Assembly (NCBI RefSeq): GCF_018350175.1
Contig: NC_058368.1
Coordinates: forward strand, 168,642,001 to 168,706,000
Length of the DNA: 64,000 bases
Direction: 5' to 3'
Source of the DNA: Felis catus
Taxonomy: Eukaryota
The notes beneath the pieces were generated by a model. The model made no database searches and was not told the origin of the DNA. It worked only from the letters and a program-made list of their open reading frames with translations. The translations under genes and the position numbers were made by a program. Below are positions 51,102 through 64,000 of the stretch, piece after piece. Numbering within the stretch: the first letter of the stretch is position 1; each line of letters starts with the position of its first letter.

Positions 51102-51273
51102 GAGAGTGCGAGTGGGAGAGGGACAGAGAAAGAAGGAGACATAGACTCCAAAGCAGGCTCCAGGCTCCGAACTGTCAGCCCAGAGCCTGACACAGGACTC
51201 GAACCCACAAATCAAGAGATCATGACCTGAGCTGAAGTCGGATGCTTAACTGACTGAACCACCCAGGTGCCCC
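51017..51273 (-). mobile_element. CAN-SINE with long (GA)n linker
   Basis: TSD tcttcctgcttt at 50808-50819 and 51276-51287. Confidence 0.96.
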
Positions 51274-54200
51274 TCTCTTCCTGCTTTAGAGTAGATGTTG
51301 GATTTTGTTAAATGCTTCCTTTGTATCTATTGAGATAAATATTTTTTCTTCTTTTTGTTGATATGAATTACTTTGATTGATTTTCACATTTCAAATATTA
51401 CATCAATCTCACATTCCTGTGATAAACTCCTCTTTGTTATGATGCATAATCATTTTTTATATTGTTGGATATGGTTGGTTAAGTTTTTTTAAATAATTTT
51501 TTATCTATATCTTTGTTTCTTGTATTTTTGTCTTATTTTAATATAAAGGTAATTCTATTCTCTGAATGGTTACCTCCTCTAACTTTTTAAGAAAGATTTG
51601 TGTTCAGTTGGTAATGGTTCTTAAATATATGTCAAATTTACTTAAGCCATCTGAGTCTCCTTGTTTCTATTTTTTTACTTTTTTTTGCAAAGATTTTAAA
51701 ACTATAAGCTCATTTTTGTGATTGATATAGACTATTTAGTTTATCTGTTCTTTTTGTTTGAATTTTAGTATGTTGTATCCTTCAAGGAAATGTCTATTTC
51801 ATCTAAGTTGGTGAATTTATTGGTATTAAATTGTTAATAATTTTCCTTATTCACCTTTTTAATTTATAGAATCTGTGGTGACATTTTCTTTCTCATTCTT
51901 GGTATTGGTGATATTGATATTTTATGTCTCTTCTTTTTTTTCCTAATCATTCTGGCTAGAAGTGTATCAATTTTATTAATCTTCTCAAAGATCAGCTTTT
52001 GGCTTTACTTCTGTTTTTCTTTCTATTTAATTGACTTATGCTCTAATCTTTGTTATTTCTTTCTTTCTGCTTGTTTTAGTCTTAGTTTGCACCATTTAAA
52101 ACATTTTTTAAATGTCCTTGATGTGGAAGCTAAAGTCATTGATTTGAGAACTGTCTGTTTTGTAATATAGTCATTTTGTGCTCTCAATTTCCCTAAGCAC
52201 TGTTTTGGCAATGTTCCCCAATTTTTCATACACTGTCTTCATTCTCATTCAGTTCAAAATACTTTCTAGTGTCCCTTTTGTTTTTTAATTTGATCTGTAG
52301 GTTATTTAAAAGTGTGTGAGTTAGTTTTCTAAAGTTTTGTCGTTTTTCTAGAGATGTTTACATTTTTTATTTATAATTTAATTACATTTTGATCTGAGAA
52401 TATTTTTTTATGACTTCATTTCTTTAAGTTTATGTGTACTTGTTATCTGGCCCACAGTTTGGTGTGTTTTCATAAATGCTTCACTTTCACTTGATAAGAA
52501 TGTGTATTCTGCTGCTGTTGGTTGGAGTGATCTATATTGTCAGCGTGGTTCAGTTAGCTAATAGTGTTTTTTGATTTTTTTATGTTGTTATGGATCTTCT
52601 GTCTACTTGTTATATTAATGTTTGAGAGAGGGCAATTGAAATCTCCCCCTGTAATTGTGGGTCAGTCTATTTCTTCTTGTAGTTGTCAGTTTTTGTTTTT
52701 GTTTTTTTTTCATGTATTTTGAAACTCTGTTATTAGGTGACTAAGCATTTACAATTCTTATATCCACTTGATGACCCCTTTATTATTATAAAATAATCTT
52801 TATTATCCCTGGTAGTATTCTTTGCCATGCTATCTATTGTATCTCATATTAATACAGCCATTCCCACATTACTTTGCTTAGTGTTTATACGGTCTTTCTG
52901 GTTTTCATTCTTTAATCTGTTTCAATCCTTATTTTTGAATTACATTTCTTGTAAGCAGCATATAGTTAGGTCATGCTTTTTTAGCTTGTTAATGTCTACC
53001 CTTTAACTGGGATTATTCAACTATACTTAATGTGACTTTTGATATTGTTATGTTTAAATATGTCATTTTGCTCTTTGTTTTCTTTTCTTCCATTTACTCT
53101 TTATTTTCCTTTTCATTTTATCTACCTTCTTTTGGATGAACATTTTCTTGATTCCTTTTTTTCCTATTTTGTTGTCTTATTACCTATAACTTTTTGTTGT
53201 ATTATGTTATCTTTAATTTACCATAGTGTATCTTCAACTGATATTATAATACTTTGCTTTTAACATGGAACCCTTACAATAGTGTCATCTTCCGGTCTGT
53301 GTGCTATTGTTGTAATATATTCCACTTTTGCGTACGTTGTAAAGTCCACACTACCTTGTTAATGTTTCTTTGTTTAAATAGTTAGTTATTTTTAAAACTA
53401 CAGCAGAACACTTCATACATTTATCTATGTAGTTATCTTTTCTAGCATTTTGTATTCCATCTGGCGTCAGTTAACTTTTGCCTGAATTACCTACTTTAAT
53501 GTTTCTTGTAATGTAAGTCTGTAAGTAATAAATTCTTTCAGATTTACATGCTTGAAAAAGTTTTTATTTCACCTTTCTATTTGAAATATATCTTTGTTGG
53601 ATATAGAGTTCTATTTTGTCATTTTTTCCCCCTCTTTAGGTCTTTAAAGATGTTGTGCTAGTGTTATGTCATAGAGAAATCTATTCTAATCTTTATCTTT
53701 GCTCTACACATTTTATTTTCCTTTGGTAGCTTTTAGCTACTCTTTATCATTGGTTTTAAGAAATTTGGTCATGATGTCCATTGCTGTAGTTTTTTTTTTT
53801 TTTTCTTGTGGTTTTTGAGCCTGTTTTATCTGAGAATTTATAGTTTTCACCAGATTTGGAAACCGTTCAGCAATTATTTCTTCATGTATATTTTCTGTGT
53901 CCCCCTCTCTGTTCTCTGCTACAGACTCTTGCTGCATAGATCTTAGGCTGCTAGTGGTTGTCTCACAGCCTACTGATACTCTTCATTTTTTTCCCACTTG
54001 TCTTTTTTTTTCTTTCTGTTTCATTTTGGTTAGTTTCTATGCTCTGTTTACAAGTGCACTCATCTTATTTCCTACAATGTCTATGTTTCTTTAATCCCAT
54101 GTAATATAGTTTTCATCTCAGGCATTGCAGATTATGCCTGAATAATTGTGATAATGGGTCTTTTCCTAAAACTTGCAGGTATCTACTTAACGCATTAACC

Positions 54201-56039
54201 TAAGTTTAGAGTCTTAGTGGACTTCATCATCCTTCTTCATTTGTTCTGAGAGTTTTATGAGTTTATTCATTTCCAGATTTTTTTAAAACTCACTATAATC
54301 TTCCACTTGCTTATGTTGTAAAAAATATACATAATATTTACCTATAAACCTACATTCAGTCCCTTGTTCATATGCCATGTAGTATTTTTTTAGAGTTAAA
54401 ATGTATTTTTTTAAGAGTTGAACCATATGGTATTGATGAAGTGAATTTAAATACAGGTTTTGCTTTGAAGTTTTATAGTTTGCTTGAAGATATACTGAAG
54501 TGTCAGAAAACCTGTTCAAAATAACTCTCATAGTTATGTATTCTGATATAGCCTATTTAATTGATTCTGTGTGACTACAGTTATGTTGGGGTTTTATATT
54601 TACCAAGACTCAAAATACCCACAATAACATTCGCGGAGGTTACTCTTATATGAGTAGAAGTCTGAATGCTTTTGCTTTATCACACGTCATATTTCAGGAA
54701 AAAGAAACAGGATGAGCTACTCCACGTTACAAATGCTTATAATAGTCTAGAGAAGTTTAAAAGGAGCTCTCTCCATCCACTTATATAACAAGAGTAGGGA
54801 AACAAACTCTCTTTCAAATTTTATTTCTTTATGGGAAACAAAACAGAGTGCTAAGAGATTTGTAAACTCCCTGATTATGTACAGGCCCTCACTTAACCTA
54901 TGCAGACAGAATAAGAAGATACCTACTGCTAGAACTGTGGGGAGTTTGCTAGAAGTCTCATTCAAAAGTAAATTTTTCTGTAATTGGGAAGTAGATTTTC
55001 TTAAATTGCCTCTTCATGCATTATGAATAGTTCTGTGGTATTTTATAGCCAATTAAAATTGATTAGATCCATTGAGTTGTCTCTTTAGAGTACTTTAATT
55101 GTGAAAACCAGTTTGAAATGAGTCCAGATTTGAGACAGATGGTTAAATTTATGTTTAAATAAATCCAAATTTAAAAAAATGAGTAAAACTTTTTGAAGGC
55201 TCTTTTAGTTGATTTTCTCATTTTTAGTCCAACAAGAATGGCCTTCCTATTCAATAATCTCTAAATCTTGGAGTTTTTAAAAACCAGAATCATGTATGCA
55301 TGAAATGTGGAGGTCCCCTAGACAAATATTCTGAAATTCAAATTTACATCTCAGTTCAACATAAGGAGAAATGCTTTTTGGATATAGGGCTTGCTAAAGA
55401 CCAAAGCTAATAAGTTCAAGATATATTTTTCGATCATCATTTCTGTTGATGTGGCCTTCCCTCCTCCCTCCCCCCCACCTTTTTTTTTGACCTACTTATT
55501 AGTACATGATGTATCAGCAGCTAACATATGGCATGAATGCTTTTCACTGCATGGAGCTTAATATGATAGGAACTTTATAAGGTCATAAAGAGTAATGACA
55601 CTCTTTGTTGTTAATCTAATTTGCGTTGGGTTAAAGTTGCAGAAATTGGAGTGACAGTTATAATATTCTCATTAGGTGCTGAAATATTATGTGGGATGAA
55701 TATGTCACATGATTCATTTATATTCTAGAGATAACTTCCTAAAATGAAAATAAAATTAAAGCACAATAATTTGATTTGTCCCTATTTTTCTTAGTTTTAT
55801 TAAATAAACAAAGCTAAGTTTCATATACAAAGAGATTAAGAGAAACTATATCCTTTTGCTGATTTTCCTCTATATTTTATAGGTGAGCTCCTTCACAATA
55901 TTAGTTTTGGACTTGATTACTAGAAAGATGATATAAACAGATGCAGAAGATAAAATTGTAATCTTTCTGTAACTTTTAGCTTTTTAAAAAATTTTATTTA
56001 AGCTTAAATTTATTTTTAATAATAAAAACTATATCAATT

Positions 56040-58460
56040 TATGCATTTTCTTTTTATGTGCCAGGCACTGTTATTTGTACTAGGGATACTGTAGATAACA
56101 AACCGTACAAAAATTCCTGCCTCTGTCAGGCTTACATTTTAGAGAAGAAGATAGCTAATTAACACAACAAATAAGTGAAACATATAGTATGTTAGATGGT
56201 GATAAGTACCATGGATAAAAATGAAACACAGCACGTGGATAGGATGTTGGGAGAATGATCAGGTCAAACCTCATGGAGAAAGAGACATTTAAATGAAGAA
56301 TGAAGGAAGTGAGGAAGTGAAGTATATGGTTATCTGAGACAGAGAGTACTCCAGGTAGAGGGAATAGCCAAAGCTAATTCACTGGGAGGGGATCATGTCT
56401 AGAATATTTGAGGAGTAGTGCAAATGCCTGTGTGTCTGCAACTGGTGGAGCGATAAAGGAAAGAGATGAAATCAGAGAGGAAGAGTGATGGTGAGTGGTG
56501 AAGGAGGCACAAATTATATAGGATTTTGGTCATTATCTTAAAGCACTTTGGCTTCTACTCTAAGTAAAATTGGAAACCATGGTGGGTTTTGAGCAGAAGA
56601 ATGACAAGAATTGACTAATATTTTAATAGTATAATTTGGCATCCTTGTTGCAACTCCTCTGAGAGGTGGAGGGGGATGGAAGTAAGGAGATTATTTCCAG
56701 GCTATTGGAGAAATCCAGGCAAGGTTTTATGCTGGTCTGGACCTGGGGTGGTAGTAACAGAGGTGGTGAGAAGTGGTCAGTTTCTGGATATACAGTTGAT
56801 TCTTGTTATTTACAGTAGTTATGTTCTGTGAAATCACTCTGAATGCTAAATTAGCATTAGCTGAGTACTGAATCATTGCCCCTAGTGGACATAACATTAG
56901 GGTTTAAGTTCCTATAAGCAAGGTCACAGCATTTTTGGTGACTGATCTAATATATCATCCTGTTTTATGTATGTGTCTGTTTAAAGACACCTTCTTTAAT
57001 ATATGTTGTTGATTCATTAACATTGAACTCCAAACCAATAGTGCTATATGTCATGACTAAACAAAGCAATCTGCCATACCTATTTTCTCTATAAAGTACA
57101 TTGTAGCCTTCTTAATCATAAGAATACTTGACAGCCCTTTAGTATTACTTCTGGCCATTTTAAACAGCAAAATCATCAGCTAAAAGCACAAAAATTCAAT
57201 AAATGTGAAACTAAATAGACTGCAGAATGGGTAGCTTCCAGCATGGGAACTGAAACAAAAAGGTAGACAGAGATAGCCTTGTTTGACCTCTCTTGGGAAC
57301 ATGTGTATCAAATGACTCTTGTGCTCTGCATATGTGTATATCTGTGATTGGCCTGGAAAGTATTTTGTATATTGATTTGAGGATTAGAAATAATTTTAGG
57401 CAGTAGGTGAACTCAGACATATGGAATCCACGAATGTATATATGTATTGAAAATAGAGCCTAAAGGATTTGCTGATGAATTGGATATAGTGGGTGAGACA
57501 AAGAAGTCAAGGATGATTTCAAGATTTTTGGCCTGAACAACTGGAAAGGTGGTTAACTGAGGTGGAGAAAAATATAGGAGTAGTAGATTTGGAGCTGAAG
57601 ATCAGGAGTTTTTAGATTCTTTTAGACATCTAACTAGATATGTCTAGTTTGTACTTGAATCTCTAGCTATGGAGAATTCCTGGGAGAGGTCTAGAGTAAA
57701 AGTATAAACTTGAATGTTAGTTGGTATTTAAGCCATGCCGTTTGATGACATTACTAAGGGTGTTCATTAAGATAGAAAAGAGAAGGTTCCTAAGACTGAG
57801 CCCAACATTAAGAATCCCAACATCAAGAAATAAGGAAGAAATTATAAAGAACACCAAGATAAAAGGAAAACCAAAAGAACATATTATTCTGGAAGCCAAA
57901 TGGGGAAGGAAAAGATTTTGAGGAAGAACGAGAGATCATCCTGGTTAAGTACTACTAAAACATGAGATAAGGACCGTGATTTGGATATTGTAAAGTGTAG
58001 GTTATTGGAGACTTCGAAAAGAGCAGTTTCAATATTGCAGTAGAGGGAAAAGCTTAAATGGGATGGGTTTAAGAAAGAATGCGAGAAAAGAAACTGGAGA
58101 TCCCTGGTACAGACAAATCGTTTCAGGAGTTTTGCAGTAAAGGAAAGAGAGGGAGGTAACTGAAAGTAGTCAAGGGAGGATGTTTTCTTTTTTTAAAGAT
58201 TAGGAGCAACTACTGCTTGTTTGTTGTTGAGAATGCTCTGGGAGAAAAGGAAAAGTTGATGAGGTAGAAGAATGAAGGAAGAATGGCTGTAGCAGTGTCC
58301 TTGAGTAGTTATGAGGTGATGAATCCAGTGCCCAAGTGAATGGATTGGTTTTACCTAGGAGCCAGAGCCGTTTATTCATAGTAGTAGTCTAAGAATGCCA
58401 AGCATACAGCTTTGTACAGATAAGTAGGTAGATATATTGGTTATAGCTTGTTGAAGTTGT
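56040..58460 (-). mobile_element. Long L2 LINE relic interrupted by a Tigger-family element
   Basis: tatgtgccaggcactgtt 3' end, gggttttgagcagaagaatgac and gaagtcaaggatgatttcaagatttttggcctgaacaactgga. Confidence 0.85.
56793..57437 (-). mobile_element. MER82-like TcMar-Tigger non-autonomous DNA transposon
   Basis: TA|cagttgattcttgttatt terminus, ~645 bp, TA at the other end, and the L2 sequence resumes afterwards. Family recalled from memory. Confidence 0.75.
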
Positions 58461-58478
58461 CTTGAAATTTCTTTTCTT

Positions 58479-58709
58479 TCTTTTTTTTTTTTTTTAATTT
58501 TTTTTTTCAACGTTTATTTATTTTTGGGACAGAGAGAGTCAGAGCATGTACGGGGGAGGGGCAGAGAGAGAGGGAGACACAGAATCGGAAACAGGCTCCA
58601 GGCTCTGAGCCATCAGCCCAGAGCCTGACGCGGGGCTCGAACTCACGGACCGTGAGATCGTGACCTGGCTGAAGTCGGACGCTTAACCGACTGCGCCACC
58701 TAGGCGCCC
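58479..58709 (-). mobile_element. Young felid CAN-SINE (SINEC_Fc)
   Basis: CpG-rich. Perfect 18-bp TSD cttgaaatttcttttctt at 58461-58478 and 58710-58727. Confidence 0.98.
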
Positions 58710-60442
58710 CTTGAAATTTCTTTTCTTAAGGGGGTTCCTGGGCTTCCTCTTTCCAAATTCAAAATCACAAGATATAGGCCAGTAAGTATATAGTGAAAAG
58801 TTTTTCTCCTGTTACCTGTTTTTTTTTCCTTCAGAAATGACTAATACTTTGTTTCTTCTAGATATATTTTATGTATATCTTGTAGCTTTTAAGCTACTTA
58901 CTTACTTAAAGGTATTCATCAACTTATTAGATAACCTTGTGTATTATTATAGTACATTATTCAGAGTTTGAGGTCAGTTACTGGTTGGTTATTCATGCTA
59001 AGTAAATGGTGATTTCTACACTTCCTCCTCTATAATTATATCCTAACATATGATGACTATTTTGTGAGCCTTTGTTTTATTTATTTATTTTTTTGTCAAG
59101 CATCTTTTAGGAAAATACTGCCTATCCCTCACAGAACCTAGAACACCATGGGATGTGGATAAAGATTTAAAGAATGAAAACCCTTAATTTGCTGGAAATG
59201 TTATTCCACACAGTTGACTAATCTTATAAAGTAGAATGATGGTTTTGTTTTATTTTGTTTTGTTTTCATTCTGGCTGTGTTTATGTATTAATAATCCTCA
59301 TAGTGGGAACATACCTGCTTTGAAACATACATATTGAAACCAAGTTTTCTTTTTTATTTTAGGAAGTAAGTGTTTTGATATTTAAAGAACAAATCATTGA
59401 GATATTTGATCTCTAGACTAAATAACTCCAATTTTTTAGATTTAATGAATATTCAGATACTTTTGACTTTTGATCAGATTTTCACAGCTTTTGATTTTTA
59501 ACTTTTATTTTGACAAATTTCAGACTTACATATCTATTAAAAGAAGGATACAAAGAATACCTTCACTCATACTCCCCAAATATTAATATTTCACCACATT
59601 TTATTTATTTCTTTTTCTGTATGTGAGAGAGAAACTTACAATGGCCCCTCTGTCCTTTTGATGTGTTCTTGTCATTCATCCTTTATTTTCTGACTCATCT
59701 TATACTTTTCATGCTCTGGATCCTGCTCCATTATTTTAAGGAACCATAGTTTTTTTTAGTGGTTTTCCATTTAGTATTTAGAAACCATTATTTGGGCACT
59801 GGGTGTGCTCATTGTCATGAGGGTATCTTTGTTCTAGGTCCTTTCAATGCACAGAGATAAGAAATAAGAAACACAAATGTATCAGTGCTTATTTCTATAT
59901 CTGTTGATCTGTCTATATTAAAACTAAAGAGTTTATATTGAGACTTTCAATTCTAGTCCAATGCCTTGTGTTCATTTGGTGTTTTCATATTTATGTATTT
60001 GCAACTTCTTTCTCTGACAGTGGGAAACCTGGCTTCTGTTATTCACACTCTGTTTACTTACTTGTTCAATCCTAAAATAACAGAAAATCATTTCAGAATT
60101 GTTAACGCATGCCTCTTAAAGAAACTACAGTTCATGGTTTCTTTAGAGCTCTTTTTGTCTTTAGTCTTTCATTGTAATCAAATATTGTTTGCCAAAGTTT
60201 CTTAGATTAATTCTTTTCTTCCCCACTCCTTTTGGTGTGATTGCGTTATTCACTGGAAATAGTTTGGTTCATTTGTATCTGTTGTATCCCATTATAAGTT
60301 GTTTTGTCCTCTCCTATTCTTGTTTTTTGCTTATCTGTCTCATTAATGGTTTAACATTAATGGTTCCAAAAGTCAGTACTGTATGAAATTATATACTTAG
60401 ATAACTATTATCTTCTATAATTATTTCTCTCAGGTCATGAGT

Positions 60443-60503
60443 TCATGACCTGAGCAGAAATCAAGAGTTGGATGCTTAACCAACTGAACTACCCAGGTGT
60501 CCC
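60443..60503 (-). mobile_element. CAN-SINE head remnant (body and tail missing)
   Basis: tcatgacctgagcagaaatcaagagttggatgcttaaccaactgaactacccaggtgtccc. Confidence 0.85.
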
Positions 60504-61221
60504 AAATTTTAAGAATTTTTAAGTATATTACAATGATTATCCCCTTATCTGTTATTTGTGGTACACATATTTTTTACTAGTTTGTTGGTTGTCATTTTAT
60601 TCTGTTTAATGTGTTTCCCCCCAGCAATGAATGATGATACTCTAGCTACTGATACTGCTTTGAGAAATAAACTGTCCTTTGTTTCTGTCTCAGAACTTAT
60701 GTCTTCTGCCCATCTTCATGAAGTTGAGGCAGGCTAATTTGTTAGCTTGCAAGTAGAATAAAATCTTGTACCCTTCATGCTCTTGACAAAGATTGATGTG
60801 TCCTTTTTTATATATATATATATTTATATTCTTTTTTTTTTCCTACAGGATTTTTTTCCTCACTTGCTTTGTTTTGTTCCTTCATGGTTTCCCAAGTTCC
60901 TTCATTTTAACCATTTCTCCCTCTGAAGTGTTACCTTTCTAAGACTGTTTCTCATGCCTTTCACATATACTTTTAGTTCCCTTTCTTGTAGTCAGTTCTG
61001 TGATCTAGCATTATGTTTCCAGTATTTTCACATATAGAATGAACTTGCTTTTTCTGATGGTGATTTTAGACAAGTCTTAAGCACACTGCTACCTTTTCTC
61101 TTCTCTCTTTAGTTCATTTTTCTTGTTTTCAGAACAGCCTTTGGTATCCATGAAGTCTTGCCGTGGGAGGGTGAGAGATCTTTTGCAGTGATTTGGTGTT
61201 TAATTTTACACTCAGAGATAA

Positions 61222-61394
61222 TTTTTTAAAAAATGTTTATTTATTTATTTTGAGAGAGAGAGAGACAGAATCCCAAGCCGTTTCTGCACTGACAGGTGAT
61301 GCCAGCCTCGATCTCACAAACCGAACCAGGAGGTCATGAGCTGAGCTAAATTCAAGAGTTGGACACTTAACGGACTGAGCCACCCAGCTGCCCC
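61222..61394 (-). mobile_element. CAN-SINE (internally shortened)
   Basis: aatgtttatttatttattttgagaga...ctgagccacccagctgcccc. Confidence 0.9.
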
Positions 61395-61839
61395 TCCACT
61401 CACAGACGATTTAAAATTTGTACATTCACTGCCTACTATGCTGAGGATGAGGGTTTATTTATTTTTCTTTTTGTGCTTTATTAAATATTCAGATGCTATG
61501 TGGGAAATTCAGAATTATGCTTTTACTTCATCCCAGCTACACAGAATCCTCCCCTTCAAAGTTTTGTTACATTATAGAATATAGATTTGAGCATGGTATA
61601 TTCAATTTATAGGTTATTAAACGATTGTTGGTCAGTTGAATCTAGCAATCATTATATGCAAGGAAATGATATTTCACAGTTTTCTCTTTAAAGGTATTTT
61701 GTTGAATTTTTAAATAAAATATCACTGTTTTAGTTCCTTGAACAGTTTAGAGTCTATAACAAATGCCCAGTAAATATTTCTTGATTGATATATCAATTTT
61801 TCTTATACCAGGAAATTTATTAAAAGTAGCACAGTATGT

Positions 61840-61840
61840 G

Positions 61841-61887
<47 letters not shown>

Positions 61888-61895
61888 ATATACAT

Positions 61896-61946
<51 letters not shown>
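61840..61946. repeat. Palindromic compound (TA)n(TG)n-(CA)n(TA)n microsatellite
   Basis: Directly visible and centred on gtatatac (~61886-61893). Confidence 0.95.
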
Positions 61947-61948
<2 letters not shown>

Positions 61949-63753
61949 CCTATATATCTGTTGTATTTTTTAATGCTTTATAGGAGCATATAATCAAAAG
62001 GTTTTTTTCAGCTCTCCAAATTCTATGCCCTCCTTAGCCTTTGCTGTTGTATTTTGACAATTTTTTTTGCCATTCATTCTTCATCACTACCCAGTGAATT
62101 GAAAAGGGCAGATAATTTAACTCCCAGGATTAGAAATTAGAAGCTAAAATTTAGATTATATGACTTGCTTGGGTTGCAAAACTAATCAAAGGAGAAGCTG
62201 AGACAAAAAATGACTTCTTAACTTTGCTTTTGTCTGAACAGCATGGAATAAAATGGGTAACTCATTCATTGTTCCCACATGTCATACTTGAATTTTAACT
62301 TGCATGTGAAAAAACATATGTGGACATTTGGCCCAAATAACTTATAAGTTAGGATGAATTCTTGCTTATTTTCTTCTTAGAGCAATAAGTAGAAATTATA
62401 TAGTTGAGGAGGAATGGTTTGACAGGAAAGAAAAATGTAAGATGGTAGAACGTTTAGTTATCCAAATCAAAGTAGAGTCTATGTGCAGGCATTTTGCTTT
62501 TTGAAAATAATCACTTCTCATTTATTATCAGGAGGCTTTCCGCCATAATATTTAGCAAATGGCAAACACTTCCGAAGTTTATAATAAAAAATACTCGACT
62601 TTCTAGACTAGCTGAATGAGTAGTCTTGCCTGTCTCTTGTAAATGTCAAACTTACATAATTGAGTTTTGCTAGCTTCATAATATTGTTTATGGCATGGCA
62701 TATTGTGTATACACTCTATTACAAACATTAAACAGATTTGTCAACAAGTGGTGACAAAAGAATTATAATACAATCTCTTTGTGAAATTCATTATGTGCAG
62801 GAGGAAAAATTAGATGTTTTCCTGCCTGTTAATTGACACATGGGACAACTCCATGCCCTGCTTGAATGCCTCTCTTCATTAAAAAAGAAAAAAATTCGTA
62901 TGGCAACAGAGGTATAATTCTGTGCCTGTCAATAAGAATTTACTTAATCTTTATGCTTCATATTAAGTTTAGGCTCAAATGTTATTTAAAAGTTAAGAAA
63001 GAGTAATAATGATGTGAAATATTCTGCACCAAGAAGTGATGTGGCGAGAATTGTGTTAGGGTTTTTTGCCACATGTTTCATTATGTGAATGGAACAGAAA
63101 ATATTTTATTTGTGACTTTGGTTTTCACAAGGTATTACTATTTCTTGAATTTACTTATATAGTTTGTATGGGACCTAAATAATTATTTTAAAGTAAATCA
63201 GGAAAAACTATAATAAAATCCCTTTTGAAATCATAGCAAGTGAACATGTTCTTGGAACTTTCTACAGGGGAGCGAGGGTGTCGATTGATCGATCATGCAC
63301 ATGCACAAGTACATCAGATAACCAAATGCATAAGTGTATGTGAGCTGTAGAGTACAAAAGCAAACAAACCAAAAACCTGCTAAAACATGCCCTCAAATTC
63401 AGTTTTAAGCCCAAAGCTCTTATTAAGCTCGTATTAAACCCAAAGCTCTTTATTATTAGTAATAGTATTTTAATGTAATAAATTTTGCCTTGGATATTTT
63501 CAAAGGCATTTAATTTTTTTCATAAATTGTGTTAATTACCACTTATAAGCTGTTGATATTTTGATATGGTTATAATAGTCTTCTTCAGATCGTTTGTCAT
63601 ATACTGGGTATGATAAAGAAAAAAAAGAAATTCTTAACTTTTCTAGTAAGACTTTAGATTATAAAATCTTAGCTGAGCGTTACACATTTAGTGCATCATT
63701 TTTCACCATCTAGAAAGACAGATGGGTAGTTTGCAGTTTAAAAAATCTGTGCA

Positions 63754-63962
63754 GGGGCGCCTGGGTGGCGCAGTCGGTTAAGCGTCCGACTTCAGCCAGG
63801 TCACGATCTTGCGGTCCGTGAGTTCGAGCCCCGCGTCGGGCTCTGGGCTGATGGCTCAGAGCCTGGAGCCTGTTTCTGATTCTGTGTCTCCCTCTCTCTC
63901 TGCCCCTCCCCCGTTCATGCTCTGTCTCTCTCTGTCCCAAAAATAAATAAACGTTGAAAAAA

Positions 63963-64000
<38 letters not shown>
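63754..64000 (+). mobile_element. Young felid CAN-SINE, A-tail runs off the window end
   Basis: Near-consensus CpG-rich body with a long pure A-tail. Confidence 0.97.

Larger units (their letters stand above)
50570..54200 (-). mobile_element. Old L1M relic (ORF2 to ORF1), interrupted by a SINE
   Basis: ctagaacctctagtattatgttgaatagaag RT-region motif and ORF1-like EEIIAERFPNLVKTINSQI (53737-53937). Confidence 0.8.

Noticed and set aside
50726..51230. 160-aa and 145-aa low-complexity ORFs, and similar ORFs at 10344, 14656, 34176 and 35358
   Set aside because: They are translations of microsatellites and SINE or L1 sequence.
60831..60848. Strong-looking acceptor cttttttttttcctacAG as the next FER exon
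   Set aside because: The downstream sequence does not encode the expected continuation (GKETEKAK..., from memory), so the next coding exon is probably beyond the window.
1..64000. A novel multi-gene system, CRISPR array or prokaryote-type locus
   Set aside because: The window is explained by FER exons, mammalian introns and known repeat classes. There is no repeat-spacer array or operon-like ORF cluster.

Overview
Mammalian genomic DNA, most likely a felid, judged from CAN-SINE/SINEC_Fc-type SINEs and L1_Fc-type LINEs. It is AT-rich and almost entirely intronic. The window holds the 5' coding part of the FER non-receptor tyrosine kinase gene on the + strand. Three coding exons (21760/21820-22026, 41865-42038, 47449-47548) splice in frame through canonical GT-AG sites and encode residues 1-160 of the N-terminal F-BAR/FCH region. 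A possible upstream non-coding exon lies near 987-1143. The rest is a layered transposon record: about 17 CAN-SINEs (many with intact target-site duplications), one young 3.4 kb 5'-truncated antisense L1 whose ORF2 has a single 7-nt frameshift, several older L1 and L2 fragments, MIR, and DNA-transposon relics (MER82-, MER94- and MER5-like). Several microsatellites arose from retroposon A-tails. I found no support for a novel multi-gene system, RNA gene or CRISPR array, and nearly all short ORFs in the track are repeat-derived. The observations most worth checking are a Met-Cys-stop uORF that would also end a back-spliced circular FER ORF in frame, inverted young SINEs around the exons, templated-repair junctions inside repeats, non-A tail segments inside TSDs, and palindromic microsatellites. 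Repeat family names and the human FER comparison come from memory, not a database search.
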